Source: a bacterium BMS3Abin15
GTDB taxonomy: Bacteria > Patescibacteriota > Minisyncoccia > Moranbacterales > 2-12-FULL-40-10
Length of the DNA: 64,000 nt
Reading direction: 5' to 3'
Assembly (NCBI GenBank): GCA_002923195.1
Contig: BDTH01000035.1
Location: forward strand, 1,146-65,145
Positions 37,758 through 46,714 of the stretch are shown piece by piece. Position 1 is the stretch's first letter; each line of letters begins with the position of its first letter. Both the position numbers and the translations under genes were made by a program. Under the pieces are notes generated by a model. The model ran no database searches and was not told the origin of the DNA. It worked only from the letters and a program-made list of their open reading frames with translations.

Positions 37758-38009
37758 ATGTATTACGTATATGTATTAAAAAGTTTAAAAGATAAGCAGA
37801 TTTACGTTGGTCATTGCAATAATTTAAAGGGTAGAATAAGGGATCATAATCTGGGACTTGTAAAATCTACAAAACCGAGAAGGCCATTAAAGTTGATATA
37901 TTATGAAGCATGTAATTTATTAGAAGATGCCGCAAAGAGAGAAAAGGCATTAAAATCAGGATTTGGAAGAGCATACCTAAAAAGAAGACTGAGCGACTTA
38001 AAAAAATAG
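37758..38009 (+). CDS. stand-alone GIY-YIG nuclease-domain protein, 83 aa
   Basis: YYVYVLKS...IYVGHCNNLKGRIRDHN...REKALK pattern. Wedged between smpB and ssrA. Confidence 0.8.
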   Translation: MYYVYVLKSLKDKQIYVGHCNNLKGRIRDHNLGLVKSTKPRRPLKLIYYEACNLLEDAAKREKALKSGFGRAYLKRRLSDLKK

Positions 38010-38049
38010 ACATTCACTTTCCTTAACGATTCAGCAATGCGAAAGCGGG

Positions 38050-38085
38050 CCCGCCCGCATCGCTACGCGAAGCGTTGCGGGCGGG
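38050..38085. repeat. GC-rich nested hairpin abutting the tmRNA 5' end
   Basis: Perfect 10-bp stem cccgcccgca/tgcgggcggg with an inner acgc-gaa-gcgt hairpin. The 3' arm overlaps the first nt of ssrA. Confidence 0.65.
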
Positions 38086-38521
38086 GGATGCCTAGCTTCG
38101 ACAGGTTGCTCATTTAAAATAAGCAGGTCGACCATTATAGTTGTGTCGTAAAACCATCTATAAAAGTAGATAACTGCAAACATTATCTCAAAGGTAAAAG
38201 CTACATTTGCGCAAGCATTTGCACCCGCCTGCATCGCTGTTGCGTAAGCACTGCGGGCACGGCCAGCTTTTGCTTCTGCTGTTGCTTAATTGCAAACAGC
38301 CATCGAACTGCTAACTCCTAATAGGCAGATCTCGGTGTCAATCATTAGGATAGTTTAAGACATTTTCTTTGGGTGTTTTAAACGAAAGTTTGCCAAAGAC
38401 GAGTAGTAAAAGTTTTTGTTTGTTTTTCATTTTGCCGCTTGTAAAAAATAAATAAACTAAGCTTGTAGATTATTTCATCTGAACAATTTTGGACGCGAGT
38501 GCAATTCTCGCCATCTCCACC
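38084..38521 (+). ncRNA. ssrA: tmRNA (SsrA)
   Basis: 5' GGGGAUGCCUAGCUUCGACAGG pairs with 3' CAUCUCC-ACC (G3:U pair). T-arm GGACGCGAGUGCAAUUCUCGCC. Resume context auaacuGCAAAC. Tag ORF 38176-38247 reads ANIISKVKATFAQAFAPACIAVA*. Adjacent to smpB. Confidence 0.9.
38224..38262. repeat. 39-nt GC-rich palindromic element inside the tmRNA tag reading frame
   Basis: About 29/39 identical (hand alignment) to the 39-nt element in the SpoU gene (43091-43129). Contains the functional tag stop codon. Confidence 0.6.
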
Positions 38522-38570
38522 CTATAAACTCCGACTTTGTATCGGGGTGTGTAATAATTAAACCAAATAT

Positions 38571-39113
38571 ATACGTAGAAGGTTTAGGTACAAAAAGCCG
38601 AAAATAAACACTACCAGATTAAGAGTCAACGAGAATATAAGAACGCCTCGGGTTTTGGTGATTGACGAAAAAGGAAAAAGTCTTGGGGAAATATCCAATA
38701 CAGAGGCCTTGGAAATAGCTAAGGGCCGCGAACTTGATCTTGTTGAGGTTTCTCCAAAGACTCAGCCTCCTGTTTGCCGAATTACAGACTACGGAAAATT
38801 ACAATATCAAAGAAATAAACAGGAGAGAGTATCAAAAACAAAACAGAGGAAAGTAGAAACTAAAGGGATTCGTATTGGCATCCGCACCGATGAACATGAT
38901 ATAGTTTTCAAAAAAAATCAGGCGGAAAAATTTCTAAAAAAGGGTAATAAAGTAAAAATAGAGATACGGCTCAGAGGAAGAGAAAAAGCCCATCAGGATT
39001 TAGCTAGGGAAAGTTTAAATAATTTTACCAAAAGAATAGAGACGCCTTATAGAATTGATGAGGATGTTAAAAAATTCCCTCAGGGATTTAATATAGTAAT
39101 CGCACCAGAATAA
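38571..39113 (+). CDS. infC: translation initiation factor IF-3 (non-canonical start)
   Basis: VNENIRTPRVLVIDEKGKSLGEIS...DLVEVSPKTQPPVCRITDYGK. The frame is open back to 38562 with no ATG. ATA at 38571 is the likely AUU/AUA-type start usual for infC; the exact start is uncertain. Confidence 0.85.
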   Translation: MRRRFRYKKPKINTTRLRVNENIRTPRVLVIDEKGKSLGEISNTEALEIAKGRELDLVEVSPKTQPPVCRITDYGKLQYQRNKQERVSKTKQRKVETKGIRIGIRTDEHDIVFKKNQAEKFLKKGNKVKIEIRLRGREKAHQDLARESLNNFTKRIETPYRIDEDVKKFPQGFNIVIAPE

Positions 39114-39117
39114 CATT

Positions 39118-39315
39118 ATGCCAAAGATTAAGACCAAAAAATCGGTAGCCAAAAAAATTAAAATAACAGGCAAAAGGAAGGTGCTTCGAAGATATACGAA
39201 GCAAAATCATTTCAATTCCAAGCAAACTGGAAATTTTAAAAGGGCCAAGAGAAGAGATCGGCGCCTTTCTAAATCAAATGAAAAGAGTGTTTTAAGGGCA
39301 CTGCCTTATAACTAA
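39118..39315 (+). CDS. rpmI: 50S ribosomal protein L35
   Basis: MPKIKTKKSVAKKIKITG..., 65 aa, in the infC-rpmI-rplT order. Confidence 0.9.
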   Translation: MPKIKTKKSVAKKIKITGKRKVLRRYTKQNHFNSKQTGNFKRAKRRDRRLSKSNEKSVLRALPYN

Positions 39316-39331
39316 CATAACTATCAAATAA

Positions 39332-39679
39332 ATGACCAGGGTTAAAAGAGGAGTTACCGCTTCTAAAAGAAGAAAGAAAACTTTAAAACTGACAAAGGGG
39401 TTTAAATGGAGAAGAAAATCTCATTATCGAGCCGCTAAAGAGGCCTTGCTTAAAGCTGGCAAATACGCTTATCGAGACAGACGAGCGAAGAAAAGAGTGA
39501 TGAGGAAGCTTTGGATTACCAGGCTTAATAATGCTCTGCGTCTCAATGGATTAAAGTACAGCTTATTTATTAAAACTCTAAAAGATAAAAAAATTGATTT
39601 GGACAGAAAAGTTTTATCTCAAATGGCAGTGGAAAATCCGAAAGTGTTCAAAAAATTTATTGAAACGATTAAAAAATAA
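39332..39679 (+). CDS. rplT: 50S ribosomal protein L20
   Basis: MTRVKRGVTASKRRKK...AYRDRRAKKR. Confidence 0.9.
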   Translation: MTRVKRGVTASKRRKKTLKLTKGFKWRRKSHYRAAKEALLKAGKYAYRDRRAKKRVMRKLWITRLNNALRLNGLKYSLFIKTLKDKKIDLDRKVLSQMAVENPKVFKKFIETIKK

Positions 39680-39820
39680 ATTCATTGTCTTGTCATTCTG
39701 GACTCCGATCCGGAATCTAGATCCTGAATTAAATTCAGGATGACACAACAAAAAATCGCCATACCGGCGGTTTTTTGTTTTCAACTTCAACGGCTCACCC
39801 CCCTGGGCCGTTAGAAATTT

Positions 39821-40120
39821 TTATATCTTCTCATAATAAACAAATTTTCCTGTCTTGCCGACTTGGCGGATTTTCCCCTCTTTTTCTAATTCATCCAGAT
39901 ACCTCTCTGCCGTCGTGTCAGACACGCCGACTAGTTTTTCAACATCATTATTGGCAATCTTATTCCCCTTCGAATTCCTCAGGGCAAGTAAAATTTTCTC
40001 TTTTCTTTCCTGCTTTATCTGCTCCTGCTCACTCATTCCGCATTTTCTTTTTCTTACCCAATACCAAACAACCCCCGCCCCGATAACTATTCCAATTATT
40101 AATATCAAAAATGTTTTCAT
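39821..40120 (-). CDS. membrane-anchored winged-helix DNA-binding-like protein, 99 aa
   Basis: N-terminal TM helix, then a wHTH-like segment (ANNDVEKLVGVSDTTAERYLDELEKEGKIRQVGKTG). Confidence 0.5.
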   Translation of the reverse strand: MKTFLILIIGIVIGAGVVWYWVRKRKCGMSEQEQIKQERKEKILLALRNSKGNKIANNDVEKLVGVSDTTAERYLDELEKEGKIRQVGKTGKFVYYEKI

Positions 40121-40227
40121 AGGATTATTTTAACACATAGGAAGTTTATTTAATTATGCAATTAATTACTTACCATCAAATTTCGTGCCAGCGTTAGTTG
40201 GTACGCCACTGCCTAATACATACCAAT

Positions 40228-40974
40228 CTATAAATTCTCTTTTTTATGATATTCGCCCTTTGGCTTAAAGGTAACCTTTGGTTTTTGCCCTATTTTGGTT
40301 TTAGGAGCTTTAACTACCGCATGTTCTCTAAGTGTAGCTACTATTTTTTGAAATGAATCCCCGTTTTGCAATTCTTCATTATTCCTCCATCTTAATAATT
40401 CCGAATGGCCAATTCTTTGAGCTAACTCTTTGTCATATTCGTCTTCCCTGTCTATTAATGCATATGTTTTATTCAGCGTTTCTTTAAGTAAATCAGGAGA
40501 CAAGTCGTTGACAGAAATATTTTCTGATTCTAGTTTTTTAAAAATAAATACAACTTCGGGAGGAAGTCGATGATATCTGATAATTTTTTTCCTCCATGCT
40601 CTTGTTGACAATCCTTTTCCCTCAAACACCTCGCTTATCATTTCATAAACATAGTCTTTAAAATGTCCGTATTTTTTATGATTCTCGGCTCTTATTTCTT
40701 TGTCTGTTTCCATTCTCTCATCTTCTACTAAAGAAACAGCATGCACCTCATCAATTAAATTTTTCCGCTTGTCTTCAGGTAATTTTTTAAATCTTTTTTT
40801 ATCTTCATCTTTTGTGAAGTCAAATTTCTTATCTCTTTTTTCTTGTTCAACTAATTTTTCGGCTTCATTATAACCATTAGCTTCGCCAGTCTTAATTTTT
40901 TCTTCCATTTTTGAAGCTTCTTTTTCTGCGCGCTTCTCGGAATATGGCTTAAATTGTTTTGGTAATTCTGGCAT
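40228..40974 (-). CDS. hypothetical Lys/Glu-rich protein, 248 aa
   Basis: Long ORF with consistent codon usage. No family recognised. Confidence 0.45.
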   Translation of the reverse strand: MPELPKQFKPYSEKRAEKEASKMEEKIKTGEANGYNEAEKLVEQEKRDKKFDFTKDEDKKRFKKLPEDKRKNLIDEVHAVSLVEDERMETDKEIRAENHKKYGHFKDYVYEMISEVFEGKGLSTRAWRKKIIRYHRLPPEVVFIFKKLESENISVNDLSPDLLKETLNKTYALIDREDEYDKELAQRIGHSELLRWRNNEELQNGDSFQKIVATLREHAVVKAPKTKIGQKPKVTFKPKGEYHKKENL

Positions 40975-41361
40975 ATAATTTTAATTAAGTATTTTAATAA
41001 GTAGAAAGTTTATTTTTTTCCGCCTCGGCTAGCCTTGGGCGAGACGGGCCAATCCCGCCTATAGATAGATTTTAACATGACCAGTTTTCAATTAAAACTC
41101 AAGAAATGGGACTTTTCTCCATTCTACGCCCAAATCCTGACTAAATCAACCAGTCCTTCGTTAAAACTACGGAATTATAAATAAAAAAACAACGGCTCAC
41201 CCCCCTTGGGCCGTTGAGATTCTGAATTTAATCCAGAATGACATTTTTGGAAAATGGAGAGATGCTCCCTCCCCTCCTTTAGTTCCTCCCCTCTGGCAGG
41301 GGAGGAAGAAGATAATAAAAAATCCCGTGATTGCTGTGCTTACTCGCAATCACTACCCCTT

Positions 41362-41766
41362 TTATAAAGGGGGATTATTTGATATTTGTTTCTTTGAGAA
41401 CAACTTATATAAAACCACTGCCAAAATTATTCCGATTAGATCAATTCCGATATCGGAAAGTTTCCCTTCTCTGCCAATCACAAATATTTGGTGAATTTCA
41501 TCAGAAAAAGCATAAGCCAAGGAAAATAAAGCAGACACTAGATAAACTTTTTTTATTTTATAAAATCTGACCGCTCTGATAAGTAAAATTGTCAAAATAA
41601 AAAATTCAATTAGGTGGGCTCCTTTTCTGGTTATATAAAAATAAATATCTGGCGAGTACTGGCGACCAAAACCAGGAAGGGAGGAGAAATAAAAAATAAG
41701 CCCCATCCAAAATAAAAGGGGAGCATAATAAAATGCTAATATTTTAATCGGGCTTTTGTTTATCAT
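41362..41766 (-). CDS. VanZ-like membrane protein
   Basis: 4 TM helices. KGAHLIEFFILT and FSDEIHQIFVIGREGKLSDIGID motifs. Confidence 0.7.
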   Translation of the reverse strand: MINKSPIKILAFYYAPLLFWMGLIFYFSSLPGFGRQYSPDIYFYITRKGAHLIEFFILTILLIRAVRFYKIKKVYLVSALFSLAYAFSDEIHQIFVIGREGKLSDIGIDLIGIILAVVLYKLFSKKQISNNPPL

Positions 41767-41870
41767 TGTTTATTTTTTGTCAGCAACTTCTTGGTCAAGG
41801 CATACAACACATAAAAAGGAAGCCATATCCATAGTGTTCCTCTTATAATTTTTTCCAGAAATGGATTCAT
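41763..41870 (-). CDS. small membrane protein, 35 aa (not in ORF track)
   Basis: MNPFLEKIIRGTLWIWLPFYVLYALTKKLLTKNKQ. Its stop overlaps the VanZ ATG in an ATGA arrangement, suggesting translational coupling. Confidence 0.4.
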   Translation of the reverse strand: MNPFLEKIIRGTLWIWLPFYVLYALTKKLLTKNKQ

Positions 41871-42013
41871 ATTGTGTATCAAACTCGAAATTCGAAGCAC
41901 TAAACTCTAAACAATATCTAAATTCAAATTTTCAAAATCTAAAACATATTGTTTAGATATTTAAATTTGGGATTTTGGATTTGTTTCGGATTTCGGATTT
42001 AAGATTTAGAAAT

Positions 42014-42709
42014 TTAATCTATTTTATATATTACATCTTTCTTTTCCACTACTATACTCCAATTATTTTTTTGGGCAATGCTTTTGAGATTACGATTCGG
42101 ATTGAAAGCAATTGGGTTCTCTACTAGCTTTAAAAAGCTTGCATCTGATTCAGTGTCTCCAATTCCGTATGAATTTTTCAGTGGCAAATTATTTTCTTTT
42201 ATATATTTGCTTATTATTTTTCCTTTGTCTTTCGGTGGTTCAAAAATGGCTCTTCCGGTATAAATATTATTTTTATCCGCTTCGTATATACTGCCAAAAA
42301 CTTTGTCAAAATTCAAACGGCTGCGATTAAACTCCTCCACTACTTCAGCCGGCGATCCGGAAACAGCAATTATATGGTAATTCCCTTTTTTAAACTTCTC
42401 TATTAACTCCTCGGCAAAAACGTAGGTTCTGTCTCTATGAAAAGAAACGATGGCTTTACTAGCTTTTTTAACATCTTTGACACTGCACCCCTTGATATGC
42501 TTCGCGTAAAGTTCTACGATGGCGCTTCTGTAGTCTTCGTAGGTTCCTTTATGTTCTAGCCAATTAGTATATAAGGCAACCAAGCTATTTCGCACCTCTT
42601 TCGGAAAAACTTTCATCCAGGCCAGTTCATCTATAAGTTCAAAATGGAGATTCTTGCGAAAAATTGTTCCATCAATATCAAAAATAGCAATTTTTTCCTG
42701 CGATTTCAT
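42014..42709 (-). CDS. HAD-IB family hydrolase (phosphoserine phosphatase-like)
   Basis: IAIFDIDGTIF motif I, SGSP motif II, GIGDTESD motif IV. Confidence 0.75.
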   Translation of the reverse strand: MKSQEKIAIFDIDGTIFRKNLHFELIDELAWMKVFPKEVRNSLVALYTNWLEHKGTYEDYRSAIVELYAKHIKGCSVKDVKKASKAIVSFHRDRTYVFAEELIEKFKKGNYHIIAVSGSPAEVVEEFNRSRLNFDKVFGSIYEADKNNIYTGRAIFEPPKDKGKIISKYIKENNLPLKNSYGIGDTESDASFLKLVENPIAFNPNRNLKSIAQKNNWSIVVEKKDVIYKID

Positions 42710-42715
42710 TATAAA

Positions 42716-43246
42716 TTATTTTAATTTACTAGTTATTTCATACCCGACAATTCCAAATGCCACAGAAACGTTAAGAGACTTCTTCTTTCCTCGCATAGGA
42801 ATTTCAACAATTTTGTCACATTTAGCCAGAATTTTTTCATTTACTCCCCTGAGTTCATTGCCAACTATCAGCGCCATAGGAAATGAGAGTCTAAAATTTT
42901 TGTAACCAACGCTTTTTTTGTCCTGTTCTATGGCGACAATTTTTACTCTTTGCGATTTCAGTTTTTCTATTAATTTCCCTAGACTTTTTATTTTCTCCCA
43001 AGAAACATTTTCCTCTGCCCCCAGGGCAGTCTTAGCAATCATTTTATGAGCCCTTGTTAAATATAATGGCTTATTATTACTACCAAGAGGCCCGCCTGCA
43101 ACGCTTGAGCGTAGCGATAGCGGGCAGGGCGTGTAGCCAGTCAGATATATACTGCTAACGCCTATTCCGTCAGCAGTCCTAAAAATCGATCCGACATTAT
43201 AAGCGCTGCGAATATTGTGCAAAACAATGAAAAGCTCTTTTTTCAT
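42716..43246 (-). CDS. SpoU/TrmH-family RNA 2'-O-methyltransferase with an in-frame GC-rich insertion
   Basis: NIRSAYNVGSIFRTADG, LIVGNELRGV, IPMRGKKKSLNVSVAFGI motifs. Confidence 0.8.
   Translation of the reverse strand: MKKELFIVLHNIRSAYNVGSIFRTADGIGVSSIYLTGYTPCPLSLRSSVAGGPLGSNNKPLYLTRAHKMIAKTALGAEENVSWEKIKSLGKLIEKLKSQRVKIVAIEQDKKSVGYKNFRLSFPMALIVGNELRGVNEKILAKCDKIVEIPMRGKKKSLNVSVAFGIVGYEITSKLK
43091..43129. repeat. 39-nt GC-rich palindromic element inside the SpoU/TrmH coding sequence
   Basis: cccgcctgcaacgcttgagcgtagcgatagcgggcaggg. Exactly 13 codons, translated as CPLSLRSSVAGG within the ORF. Confidence 0.7.
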
Positions 43247-43274
43247 CTAGGAATATGTTTATGTCTAGAAATAT

Positions 43275-43481
43275 CTACTCATCTCCTCCATGAGAACTGC
43301 TAATAGCTGCGTACACGGCATAAATTCCCAAAACTATAGCCACTAGCACCCATTGGGTTCCAGCCAATCCTAGTACTGTCTCTGCAACAGTAAGGTTAAC
43401 AATACCTGCCAATACAGCAGACACTAGAGACAAGATAATTAATATATTAGAATGTTTTTTGGTACATTTCATCAACTCCAC
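43275..43481 (-). CDS. small two-TM membrane protein, 68 aa
   Basis: Two hydrophobic helices. SD ggaggtgg upstream of the ATG. Confidence 0.5.
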   Translation of the reverse strand: MELMKCTKKHSNILIILSLVSAVLAGIVNLTVAETVLGLAGTQWVLVAIVLGIYAVYAAISSSHGGDE

Positions 43482-43539
43482 CTCCTTTCGTTAAAATATC
43501 TTAAATCACTTATCTATATTATAGCACATTTAATCCGCT

Positions 43540-44328
43540 TTATTTATTATTGATATCCACAATAATCATAGCTTTTTTTCCTTCCTCGATTAATTCCTTT
43601 TTTCCCGGAAAATCATGAATGGCATTATACAGAACATCTATGTTGTACCTGTAGCCCCCTCCTCTCTTTGTTCCCGGATCATTAGTGATAATTACATCAT
43701 TTTCATAACCAACTAAAACCAGATTGTGATAAAGCGGCCCTGGCGAAGTATAAAAAGGATTTCCCAAGAGACGTCCAGCTGCCGGCACAATTATCGGGAA
43801 TCCTTTAGTCAATTCTTTCTTAATATCTTCCTTCTTAAAATCATAAACGACTTTGAGGTTTTTTATTCCATAAAAATCTGATGCCAATTCAACAATCTCT
43901 TCAGCGTCACTATCTTTGTAATCACCATATTCTTCCACCTGGAAACTTATCATATTTTGAATCTCCCTTTCTGCAATTTCCGGAGTAAGTTTTTTATCAT
44001 CCAGGTAATATTTAAGCATCATCAGAGACGCCTCTTCACAAGCTTCTTTGTGGTATTCATCCCAAACTGCGTAAGGAGCCTGGGGAGCAAAAGGAACATC
44101 AATTAAAATTTGTTCTGGAATTTTACCGCTATCCACTTTTTTTTCGGCTGCCCCTGGTTCCCTAACTGCTTTTTTTTCCTTGTGAGTTGTTCCCCCTCTG
44201 AATTCCATCTGATAATTCTGAAAATTATCTATTTTCTCCTCTACGTCCTTTTTATAAAAATAAGTAAAAACGGCCGTTGATACAGCAAATAAAAAAACAA
44301 TCAGTAATGCGGCTTTATTAGATCTCAT
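43540..44328 (-). CDS. peptidase C39-like (C39_2) domain protein, membrane anchored
   Basis: N-terminal TM helix. VPFAPQAPYAVWDEYHKEACEEASLMM and NLVLVGYE...ITNDPG pattern. Confidence 0.6.
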   Translation of the reverse strand: MRSNKAALLIVFLFAVSTAVFTYFYKKDVEEKIDNFQNYQMEFRGGTTHKEKKAVREPGAAEKKVDSGKIPEQILIDVPFAPQAPYAVWDEYHKEACEEASLMMLKYYLDDKKLTPEIAEREIQNMISFQVEEYGDYKDSDAEEIVELASDFYGIKNLKVVYDFKKEDIKKELTKGFPIIVPAAGRLLGNPFYTSPGPLYHNLVLVGYENDVIITNDPGTKRGGGYRYNIDVLYNAIHDFPGKKELIEEGKKAMIIVDINNK

Positions 44329-44455
44329 AAAAAATTAACCGATTAAATGCAAATGATTACAAAAAAGCAGTAAAAGCTCAGCTTTTTTAGAATCTAAAGC
44401 TGAGCTTTGAGGAGCGATTTATTGGAAGGATAACATATTTCATAATTCGAAGTAA

Positions 44456-45586
44456 TTAATTGTGGATTATAACCGGAATTCCTATCTCCGCCCAGTTATA
44501 AATCCTCTCAGCCGGCCCTACCCCCAGCCGGACGCATCCATGGGAGACTGGTATTCCCAAATGGTTTGTCCCTTCCTTGTACCCACTCGGCCACTCTGGA
44601 AGCTCATGGATTCCATATAATCCGGATCCCGTAAAAGCCATCCAGTAAGGCATATACAATCCGTACTTTTTTGACCAGGGGCGAGGATGCTTGTTATGGA
44701 TTTGATAAGTCCCCTGGGGCGTATCCATTCCTCTTTTTCCGGAAGAAATAAGAAATGTGTCCAGAATTTCCCCGTCCTGAAAAATAGTCATAACCTGGCT
44801 CTTGACATTGATGTCTATATATTTTCCTTCTTTAACTTGCGGTTCGGTAAATTTCTTGGCTTGTTCCAAGCGTACGGTAAAATCTTTATCCCATTGATCA
44901 GGAGGCAACGGCTTGGTCTCAAAAAAAGTCTCATAAATTTCCCTGTAATTCTCTTCTTTTTTATATTTAATATACACTTTTATGCCGTATTTCCGGCCTC
45001 TTTCCAAACTATCCTTGGAAAGCATCTCAACCTCTGTGTTCTTGGAAGTTAATTGATACACTAATTCACTGGAAGGATCGATGGCAAACTTAACCTGGAA
45101 ATCATTCAACGGCTTGTCAAAAATCGCTTTAATTGGATCTTCAATATCAATGATTACATCTTTTTCGCCCCGGGCTGGAATAAAATTTTCTACCCGGGGG
45201 TAAGACATGGTTTCAAAAGAAAGTTCAATATCAGATTCTATAAACATTATATTTCTCGCCTTTTCTGCTTTAAGTTGATATGTTTCCTCCGGACTCCAGT
45301 AAATAGCCGGGGTTATAATAAGTTTTCTATTGGAGCCTTGCCATTGATAATTCACCTCTATATCAGGAATAATTTTTAACCCGCTTACGACTGATTCTGG
45401 GATCATTGGCTCAGAAAAATTAATAATGATTGCTTCCTCCGGCTGTACATTGATTTCGCTTTCCAGGATTATCTTAGTTTTAAAAATTTTAGGATAAGCT
45501 TTGACGCTAAAAACTATTCCTAGCGTTCCTAGAACTAGAATTAGTATAACAAGTGAGAACTCTACTGATCGTTTTATTCTGTCCAT
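44456..45586 (-). CDS. L,D-transpeptidase (YkuD domain) with N-terminal Ig-like region
   Basis: C-terminal YkuD motif GIHE...IPVSHGCVRL. Start set at MDRIKRS (ATG 45586). Confidence 0.8.
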   Translation of the reverse strand: MDRIKRSVEFSLVILILVLGTLGIVFSVKAYPKIFKTKIILESEINVQPEEAIIINFSEPMIPESVVSGLKIIPDIEVNYQWQGSNRKLIITPAIYWSPEETYQLKAEKARNIMFIESDIELSFETMSYPRVENFIPARGEKDVIIDIEDPIKAIFDKPLNDFQVKFAIDPSSELVYQLTSKNTEVEMLSKDSLERGRKYGIKVYIKYKKEENYREIYETFFETKPLPPDQWDKDFTVRLEQAKKFTEPQVKEGKYIDINVKSQVMTIFQDGEILDTFLISSGKRGMDTPQGTYQIHNKHPRPWSKKYGLYMPYWMAFTGSGLYGIHELPEWPSGYKEGTNHLGIPVSHGCVRLGVGPAERIYNWAEIGIPVIIHN

Positions 45587-45600
45587 TTTATTTTTGTACA

Positions 45601-45714
45601 CCCCCACACCAATTTTGGTAAAGGGTTTTATAACACCAATAGCTAGAGCTAATAGACAGATTTGCTTTATAATTCCTCATTGTCTCAAAATTTATTTTGA
45701 AATTGGTGTGGGGG
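45601..45714. mobile_element. ORF-less 114-bp unit bounded by perfect 14-bp inverted repeats CCCCCACACCAATT / AATTGGTGTGGGGG (MITE-like)
   Basis: IRs at 45601-45614 and 45701-45714. The same IR pair brackets the GIY-YIG gene at 59329-59625. The right IR supplies the last 8 codons (FTPTPISK*) of the 45692..46711 ORF. Confidence 0.55.
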
Positions 45715-46711
45715 TAAAGATTTCCCTAGCCTCATCCCAAACATCTGGGTGGTCTTTTTGTGTTTTCAGCCAATACCACCACTCCACTCCCCAGAGATAG
45801 GCTTTATTAAACCCGGTCTTCTTGGCGAATTCTATATTCTTTTTAAGCCTCTCGGCATCCATCGCTTTTAGCTGTTTTTCCAAGGGCGCTCCCGCAACCC
45901 ATTCATCCAGCCATGGCTCCCCTTGCAATTCCGCAATGATAACATCATTTTGATTAGCAAATTTTTTGATTAGCCAGTATTTAAACTTGAAAAAATTAGG
46001 TCCGATGGGATATTTAAAATGCCCGACTTTCTCGCTGTAAACATCAAAATACATAGTAGTCCCGAAGATATCGGCCCGCTTGGCCGCTTGAATCCATAAG
46101 CTAAGCTCACCGCTGTCAGTCACTATTATAGGGCGAGTATTATCAATGTTCTTAATTATCGCTATTTCTTGGTCTAATAATTCTGCGTCTATAAGGGGGC
46201 AAACACCGAACTTTAAAAATGGTTCGTTTTCAGCCTGCCAGTGGGAAATCGCCGGATTTTCCTTGTAACGATTGACTGTTATGGAAACCATTTTCTTTAA
46301 AGCTTCCTCTCTTTTTAAATCATTGTTTTTTGCCCATTCCGGTATGTGGCACTCCGGCCAGCGGGGAACTTTTTGCCCCACCACTAATACAATTTTCACA
46401 TTTCTTTTTTCAGCCTCTTCTATCTGCCAATCCACATCGGAAAAATCGTATATTCCTTCCTCTTTTTCAACCAGGTCCCAATAAACCGGAAGGCGGATGT
46501 CAGAAACTTTCAAATCATCAAGGATGGCCAAATAAGTTTCTTTCCAATCAAGCCCTAATGACTGGGCGTGGCGATGGGAAAAAGTGACACCCAGGCTAAA
46601 ATCTTTTTGGGGTATTTTTACCGGAAAATTAAAATAGATAAAAGCGATAATAATTATTGCAACTATTACGGCCAGCATGATAAGTGAAATTTTGATAAAT
46701 TTCTTAAACAT
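45692..46711 (-). CDS. TIM-barrel glycoside hydrolase-like protein (GH5/GH42-like), membrane anchored
   Basis: N-terminal TM helix. VYWDLVEKEEGIYDFSDVDWQIEEA...WQAENEP pattern typical of clan GH-A. Confidence 0.55.
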   Translation of the reverse strand: MFKKFIKISLIMLAVIVAIIIIAFIYFNFPVKIPQKDFSLGVTFSHRHAQSLGLDWKETYLAILDDLKVSDIRLPVYWDLVEKEEGIYDFSDVDWQIEEAEKRNVKIVLVVGQKVPRWPECHIPEWAKNNDLKREEALKKMVSITVNRYKENPAISHWQAENEPFLKFGVCPLIDAELLDQEIAIIKNIDNTRPIIVTDSGELSLWIQAAKRADIFGTTMYFDVYSEKVGHFKYPIGPNFFKFKYWLIKKFANQNDVIIAELQGEPWLDEWVAGAPLEKQLKAMDAERLKKNIEFAKKTGFNKAYLWGVEWWYWLKTQKDHPDVWDEAREIFTPTPISK

Positions 46712-46714
46712 TTT

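Noticed and set aside
38031-38234. 67-aa minus-strand ORF
   Set aside because: It lies antisense over the tmRNA 5' half and the GC hairpin. tmRNA features explain the region.
39775-40133. ORFs 39775..40086(+) and 39855..40133(+)
   Set aside because: They are antisense to the wHTH membrane protein gene, which has a sensible TM plus wHTH architecture.
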